Positions 35,883 to 38,076 of a DNA stretch of 38,076 nucleotides are shown here, one piece after another. Each line of letters starts with the position of its first letter. Within the stretch, counting starts at the first letter, position 1. A model generated the notes under the pieces. The model was not told the DNA's origin, searched no databases, and was given only the letters and a program-made list of their open reading frames with translations. The DNA is from a virus (lineage: Duplodnaviria > Caudoviricetes): the IMG/VR virus record IMGVR_UViG_3300028392_000013, positions 1 through 38,076 of that record; one strand, 5' to 3'. The translations under genes and the position numbers were made by a program.

Positions 35883-37085
35883 ATGGCATTACAAACACCA
35901 CCAAGCTGGCTGCAAGCTGGAACCTACACGGCAGAACAAGACCGCTTGATCCAGCAAGCCATTTATACGACTAGCGGATTTGTTGGTGCGGGTGCACTTG
36001 CAATCACAGCTCAAGCAAGCCCGAACATGACGGTGAACGTTGCAGCAGGTTACGGTGCGATTGTTGGAAACGGATCGCCGAACCTTGGTGCTTACGTTTG
36101 CTACAACAACGCGGTCACGATTGTAAACATTGCAACCGCCGATCCGTCATTGGCTCGCATTGATCGTATTGTTATGACCGTCAACGACGCAGCATACAGC
36201 GGATCAACAAACAACGTGGTCTTTACCGCGATCGCAGGAACTCCTGCCGCGTCACCGACAGCTCCAGCTACACCATCAAACTCGATCAGCTTAGCTACGA
36301 TCGCGGTAGCAGCGGCAACAACCACGATCACGTCCGCAAACATTACTGACACAAGGACAGCTGCAACAAGCACACTGATCAACGCGTTAGCTTTGCCAAT
36401 TACAGGTGGAACGATGACGGGCAACGTGACACTTGTCGCAGGATCAACAACGGTCGCACCTTTGAAGTTGACCAGCGGAACATTGCTGACATCAGGCACG
36501 ATCGGTGGAGCAGTTGAATACGACGGCGTTGCCGCATACCTAAACCCGAACTCATCCGCAACGACAACCACGCTAGGTGGACGCGGACTAATCCCCGCAA
36601 AATACGTCTACGCACTCTCAGCATCGCGATCATTAACCGCAGGAATCACTACTGTCCAATCGATGTTCAATGTCGGTATACCTTTGGCAGCATCAACAAC
36701 TTACGAAATTGAGATAAGCGGATCGTTAACCGTTACGACGTCATCAGCAACATCAAACGCAATAGGTGTGACACTTGGCTACAGCGGTACAGTTTCCACT
36801 GTTGACGCATTAGCTGTAGGTGGAGCTAACAACGCGTCAGCAATATCTATTATTTTTACTGGTAGCCCTTCGTCAGCAAACATTTATACGTCAGCAGCAG
36901 CACAATCCTTAACCTTGCCATTTGTGGTTAAAGGAATTCTAAGGACAAGCACAGCTGGAACTTTGACACCTCAAGCTATAACAAGTGCAGCAAACGCGAC
37001 GGCATTTGCTGTAAGCCGAAACACGTTTGTAAAAGTCACGCCGATCGGTGCACTCGCAACACAAGCAATCGGAGCATGGGCGTAA
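35883..37085 (+). CDS. Minor tail / tail fibre protein
   Basis: PNMTVNVAAG, ADPSLARIDRIV, ITSANITDTR, LPITGGTMTG; Ala/Thr/Ser-rich. Confidence 0.8.
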   Translation: MALQTPPSWLQAGTYTAEQDRLIQQAIYTTSGFVGAGALAITAQASPNMTVNVAAGYGAIVGNGSPNLGAYVCYNNAVTIVNIATADPSLARIDRIVMTVNDAAYSGSTNNVVFTAIAGTPAASPTAPATPSNSISLATIAVAAATTTITSANITDTRTAATSTLINALALPITGGTMTGNVTLVAGSTTVAPLKLTSGTLLTSGTIGGAVEYDGVAAYLNPNSSATTTTLGGRGLIPAKYVYALSASRSLTAGITTVQSMFNVGIPLAASTTYEIEISGSLTVTTSSATSNAIGVTLGYSGTVSTVDALAVGGANNASAISIIFTGSPSSANIYTSAAAQSLTLPFVVKGILRTSTAGTLTPQAITSAANATAFAVSRNTFVKVTPIGALATQAIGAWA

Positions 37086-37306
37086 TGACTGACGAGATTA
37101 AACCGCCAAGCAACCAAGCCCTGCTGCTCCGCCTTGTTGAAGACATTGCAGACATTAAAGCACAGCTCCGAATTGTTGCAGATCACGAAGACAGAATCAG
37201 ATCACTGGAAAAGGCACGCTACCAATCGGCATGGTTGATCAGCGTTCTATCGGCAGGGCTTTCAAGCACGCTAGTTTATTTCATTGCCAAAACAATAAAC
37301 GGATAA
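37085..37306 (+). CDS. Small coiled-coil protein with C-terminal TM (lysis-associated)
   Basis: DHEDRIRSLEK followed by a hydrophobic helix. Confidence 0.7.
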   Translation: MTDEIKPPSNQALLLRLVEDIADIKAQLRIVADHEDRIRSLEKARYQSAWLISVLSAGLSSTLVYFIAKTING

Positions 37307-37309
37307 AAC

Positions 37310-38076
37310 GTGTTAGCCGCCATAGCTGCAGCTTTGACTTTAGCCTTTTCACCGCTGCTCATTTCGATACCACCCGAAGCAGGTTTGAAGGTTGAAGTTT
37401 ACACTTACAACGAAGGCACGCTACCCGATCGGCAACCTTACACTTTATGTGAAACAGGATGGACAACCGCAGCGGATATGAACTTCGACGTTGGCGGCGA
37501 CGTTGTGGCAAATTGTGCTGGCGACTTTGTGTTGATCCATTACAGCGGGTGGATCACATCACCAACAGACAAGCTAGTGACTTTCAGCTCACAAGCAGAC
37601 GACGGCTTCTACCTGACAATTGGTGGACAACCAGTGATCGACAACTGGACGCTAAAAGGGTGCAGCGGCGGCAGCGGAATATATCCAATGATCGCAGGTT
37701 TGAGCTACCAGCTCGACGCATGGTTTTATGAATACGGCGGCGGAGCTTGCAACCGTTTATGGTGGGACGCAAATGGCTACGACGAGATCGTACCGCCGTC
37801 AGCTTTCACAAGGGCACCGACAGAACCGATCATTGAACAACCAAGCCTAAACTCGCCAAGGATCCTAAACTGGGTTCTTACGGGCAAGCAGCTGGAGCTG
37901 GCGTGGGAAGACTTACCGACGAAGACACCGATCGAACGCTGGGCGGTTTCTTTCAGTTACGGCGATCAAAGCTACGCGATCGCAACGACGGAGCAGAAGG
38001 CGACGCTGGAGCAGCTCCCGTGGGACACCGATGTGACAATCCGCGTGAGAGCAGACAACGACAGCTTGTCAGTTTA
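37310..38076 (+). CDS. N-terminal part of a ~433-aa surface protein: signal peptide, PA14 domain, FN3-like domain (continues to 662)
   Basis: My translation from GTG 37310: MLAAIAAALTLAFSPLL...GLKVEVY...HYSGWITSP...FSSQADDGFYLTIGGQPVIDNW...WFYEYGGGACNRLWW...IVPPSAF; no stop before the window end. Confidence 0.85.
   Translation, partial: MLAAIAAALTLAFSPLLISIPPEAGLKVEVYTYNEGTLPDRQPYTLCETGWTTAADMNFDVGGDVVANCAGDFVLIHYSGWITSPTDKLVTFSSQADDGFYLTIGGQPVIDNWTLKGCSGGSGIYPMIAGLSYQLDAWFYEYGGGACNRLWWDANGYDEIVPPSAFTRAPTEPIIEQPSLNSPRILNWVLTGKQLELAWEDLPTKTPIERWAVSFSYGDQSYAIATTEQKATLEQLPWDTDVTIRVRADNDSLSV
37950..38076. repeat. Terminal direct repeat (copy 2)
   Basis: Identical to 1-127. Confidence 0.95.

Noticed and set aside
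37950-38076. 127-bp terminal repeat as a biological direct terminal repeat
   Set aside because: It falls mid-gene and 127 is a common assembler k-mer length; best read as circular assembly overlap
1-38076. Stop-codon reassignment, diversity-generating retroelement or retron
   Set aside because: Genes are intact in the standard code with all three stops used; no reverse transcriptase or TR/VR repeat pair seen

Overview
The window is an apparently complete, circularly permuted genome of a tailed (siphovirus-type) phage. The first 127 nt repeat exactly at 37950-38076, giving a unit length of about 37,949 bp. All credible genes lie on the + strand. WhiB, TANNNT promoters and the gene families present point to an actinobacterial host (inference). 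Modules: lysis/surface genes across the junction (PA14-FN3-Pro-rich protein, holin-like proteins, M23 endolysin), a displaced minor tail gene, a metallophosphoesterase, an early/middle region (Bet/RecT, Cas4-like exonuclease, HNH, RusA, WhiB, SSB, three DNA methyltransferases, GroES, many small ORFs), then terminase, portal, a MuF protein with an ADP-ribosyltransferase tip, protease/scaffold, capsid and tail genes with a -1 frameshifted chaperone. I recognise no integrase, repressor, DNA polymerase, primase, helicase or replication initiator. The most striking signal is non-coding. A consensus promoter (TTGACC-17-TAAACT) precedes a small RNA made of a hairpin plus a D-armless tRNA-like fold. 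Its two loops are complementary, in antiparallel order, to two motifs repeated in the early-gene leaders, resembling P1 C4 / P4 CI antisense control. Other non-coding elements are an interlocked pseudoknot leader, a ~400-nt multibranch structured region, and a second antisense-loop hairpin after the tail tube gene. All structures were derived by eye and are not computationally validated.
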